A stretch of DNA of 8,512 bases, taken from positions 1 through 8,512 of IMG/VR virus record IMGVR_UViG_3300027933_000045. One strand, given 5' to 3'. The position numbers were made by a program, and so were the translations under genes. A model generated the notes under the pieces. That model saw only the letters and a program-made list of their open reading frames with translations. It did not search any database and was not told the DNA's origin. Below, one piece after another: positions 6,425 through 8,512 of the stretch (the stretch's first letter is position 1; every line of letters starts with the position of its first letter).

Positions 6425-6456
6425 ATATCAAATTGTGTAGATTAAATTGACCAAAA

Positions 6457-6861
6457 ATGGCAAAAGGTCACACACCAAGATCCTATTCGCAAAGATATGC
6501 TAAGTGGAGTGCAAAATTCACCTCATTTTCAAATCCTACCGTGGCATCTACTGTATTGTCTAATGTTGCACCAATCGCACAGCAAAATTTCCAAACTCAT
6601 GCCCCAAAGTTCACTGCTGTAAATGAGCAAGTATCCGCAGTTTTGAGCGAATATGGAATAACTGGGCCGAACAGGGCAATTTATCAAGGCTTTGGTCTTA
6701 AGATAGCTAGGGCACTGAACAGACTTGGAAGCGGGCCCGCATTAGCAAATATGATTAGCGGATTGAAGGCATATTATATCTCTGCATTCAATGCAAATCC
6801 AACTGTATTAGATGCAGTAACTAATATAATAACTGGATCGCCAACCGGATATGTAAGCTGA
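6457..6861 (+). CDS. Rudivirus major capsid protein (SIRV ORF134-like)
   Basis: 134 aa. MAKGHTPRSYSQRYAKW...YGITGPNRAIYQGFGLK...NIITGSPTGYVS is the characteristic rudiviral A-DNA-wrapping MCP. Confidence 0.97.
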   Translation: MAKGHTPRSYSQRYAKWSAKFTSFSNPTVASTVLSNVAPIAQQNFQTHAPKFTAVNEQVSAVLSEYGITGPNRAIYQGFGLKIARALNRLGSGPALANMISGLKAYYISAFNANPTVLDAVTNIITGSPTGYVS

Positions 6862-6876
6862 TTAATTCGTTTAAGC

Positions 6877-6900
6877 TATTTATTTTTCTTTTTTTGTTTT
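6877..6900 (+). terminator. Oligo-T archaeal terminator after MCP
   Basis: Long T-rich tract about 15-40 nt after the MCP stop, between convergent genes. Confidence 0.6.
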
Positions 6901-6907
6901 ATAAATT

Positions 6908-7072
6908 CTATTCTTCATATTTTGTTTCAACATATTCATAAGTTTTACTACTTATTCTTTTCATATTTCTCATTCTTACATTTGGGTGATGTTTTTTCAA
7001 ATGATAATTTGCATTTCTCCAAGTTTTGAATATTCTATTACAAACTGGACATTCGTATAGGAAGAGACCCAT
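6908..7072 (-). CDS. C2H2 zinc-finger protein, 54 aa (start revised from 7135 to 7072)
   Basis: YECPVCNRIFKTWRNANYHLKKHH is a canonical C2H2 finger. ATG at 7072 lies 23 nt from the minus-strand TATA at 7095-7102 and avoids overlap with the glycosyltransferase. Confidence 0.82.
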   Translation of the reverse strand: MGLFLYECPVCNRIFKTWRNANYHLKKHHPNVRMRNMKRISSKTYEYVETKYEE

Positions 7073-7077
7073 GAGAC

Positions 7078-7102
7078 TTTTTAATGTCATGACGTTTAAA
7101 AA
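7078..7102. promoter_or_regulatory. Interlocked divergent promoters sharing GTCATGAC
   Basis: TTTTTAA-T-GTCATGAC-G-TTTAAAAA. Each strand reads TATA-N-GTC with an ATG 23-25 nt downstream. Confidence 0.72.
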
Positions 7103-7108
7103 TTCTTC

Positions 7109-8140
7109 ATGGAAGTGTCGAACACAGTTCGCCACAAAACCGTAATTTTAACTATGAATTATTCTTCTATCCGAAATATTTCGGATGATATAGCCCAAGT
7201 CCTTAGAAAAAATGGTGAAATTGTCACAATTTCAACAAATCCGTATTTAATTCCACAATCTGATAAATTAATAATATTTATGCCGTTTCATCCCCCATCA
7301 TTAAATCCATATCTTTATACTTTTAGAGAATTTAAAGGAAAGAAGTACTTTTATACTACTTGTGATGGCACACCGAACTTAGAAATTGTTAATAAGTACT
7401 TATTAGAAAATATAACATTTATTCCAAATTCAAAGTTTACGGCTAAAAATTTACAAGAAGTTGGCCTACAAATTGATCTTCCAGTTTTCCACGGTTTAAA
7501 TTTTGAAATTGTAGAAAAAGCTGATAAATTAGCTATTCAGATGAAAGAAAAAATAGACAAAGATTTTCCTAGTTCCATAAAATTCGGAATAGTTTCAGGT
7601 TTGACAAAAAGAAAAAATATGGATTTGATGCTTAAGGTCTTTCAGGAAATAAATACTAAAATTCCAGAATTGGCCAAAAAAGTTCACTTTTTCGTTATTT
7701 CTCATAAGGACTTTAAGAATTATGAAGTTCCCGAAAATGTGCATTTTGTTAGTGAATTTGGTCTAAATCCCAGAGAATACATTTTCGCTTTCTATAAAAC
7801 TATGGATTTTGTTATTGTCCCTTCAGGAACTGAAGGATTCGGAATGCCGGTTCTAGAAAGCATGGCCATGGGAACTCCAGTCATTCATCAACTTATGCCC
7901 CCATTTGATGAATTTACATCTTGGCAATGGAACCTTTTGATTAAGTCTTCAGAAATTGAGGAATATTATGATAAAACTCATGGTCAAAAATGGAAAATTC
8001 ATAAGTTTGATATTCAAGATATGATAAATGCAATTATGATAGCAAACGAATTAAAAGATAAAGATGAAAGAAATAAGAATTTAAGAGAATTAGCTAAAAG
8101 ATATGATATTGAAAATTTATATGTTAGATTTTTAGAATGA
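7109..8140 (+). CDS. GT-B (GT4-like) glycosyltransferase, SIRV ORF335-like
   Basis: RKNMD and PSGTEGFGMPVLESMAMGTPVI (E-x7-E GT4 motif). Position next to the MCP gene as in rudiviruses. Confidence 0.93.
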   Translation: MEVSNTVRHKTVILTMNYSSIRNISDDIAQVLRKNGEIVTISTNPYLIPQSDKLIIFMPFHPPSLNPYLYTFREFKGKKYFYTTCDGTPNLEIVNKYLLENITFIPNSKFTAKNLQEVGLQIDLPVFHGLNFEIVEKADKLAIQMKEKIDKDFPSSIKFGIVSGLTKRKNMDLMLKVFQEINTKIPELAKKVHFFVISHKDFKNYEVPENVHFVSEFGLNPREYIFAFYKTMDFVIVPSGTEGFGMPVLESMAMGTPVIHQLMPPFDEFTSWQWNLLIKSSEIEEYYDKTHGQKWKIHKFDIQDMINAIMIANELKDKDERNKNLRELAKRYDIENLYVRFLE

Positions 8141-8141
8141 G

Positions 8142-8405
8142 ATGATTAATATGAATGAATTTAGATTAATTGAAATGAAAAATGGAATAAACATTCGATA
8201 TTTTTGTTTTATATGTAATACAATGTTAGTAGAAATTGAAAATAATACAATTAAAAGTTTTCAGTCATGTGAACATTTTCATACTGAAAGAATATCAAAA
8301 GGTTTCTTTTCGTCACCAACTATTAAAAATTCAAAATTTAAAGCTAAATTTATTGAGAAAGATAAAAATTATTACTATTTAATTGTTCCAAATGACAAAG
8401 ACTAA
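8142..8405 (+). CDS. Hypothetical protein, possible Zn-binding (CxxC...CxH), 87 aa
   Basis: CFIC...SCEHF. Starts 1 nt after the glycosyltransferase stop, so likely co-transcribed. Confidence 0.7.
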   Translation: MINMNEFRLIEMKNGINIRYFCFICNTMLVEIENNTIKSFQSCEHFHTERISKGFFSSPTIKNSKFKAKFIEKDKNYYYLIVPNDKD

Positions 8406-8455
8406 TAAATCAAAAAATTTATGTATGTCATAATATATATAACGATTGTGAGATC

Positions 8456-8512
8456 ATGGATAAGGTAATTATCGAATGTGAAAAAATGGCAAGATTTTAT
8501 GTTGATAAAAAT
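8456..8512 (+). CDS. Start of an ORF running off the right edge (MDKVIIECEKMARFYVDKN...)
   Basis: Open to the window end. Preceded by SD-like GTGA and a TATA+GTC promoter at 8418-8429. Confidence 0.5.
   Translation, partial: MDKVIIECEKMARFYVDKN

Noticed and set aside
6457-6861. Elevated GC (about 40%) in MCP as a sign of transfer
   Set aside because: Explained by Ala/Gly/Pro/Thr-rich composition of a core viral gene.
7073-7135. N-terminal extension of the zinc-finger ORF in the track
   Set aside because: It overlaps the glycosyltransferase start and spans the promoter. ATG 7072 fits promoter spacing.

Overview
AT-rich, densely coding central segment of an archaeal rod-shaped virus genome (Rudiviridae, SIRV-like; host probably Sulfolobales). 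Order: partial thyX (missed by the ORF track), RHH regulator, 92-aa ORF, the conserved Cas4-like nuclease / AAA+ ATPase / ssDNA-binding trio, a 96-aa RHH-like protein, HUH Rep, the pyramid egress protein PVAP, SvtR (also missed by the track), a dCTP deaminase/dUTPase-family gene, a run of tiny accessory ORFs, the 134-aa major capsid protein, a C2H2 zinc finger, a GT-B glycosyltransferase and a Cys/His protein. Most notable: (i) host-like ThyX plus dUTPase/Dcd, a potential two-step dTMP supply route; (ii) PVAP head-to-head with svtR, a possible lysis-timing switch; (iii) a readable promoter grammar with TATA+GTC boxes, interlocked bidirectional promoters, an AATATTCA candidate operator, and a duplicated 19-bp promoter flanking a two-gene cassette. 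All homology calls come from motif recognition and recall, not from database searches.
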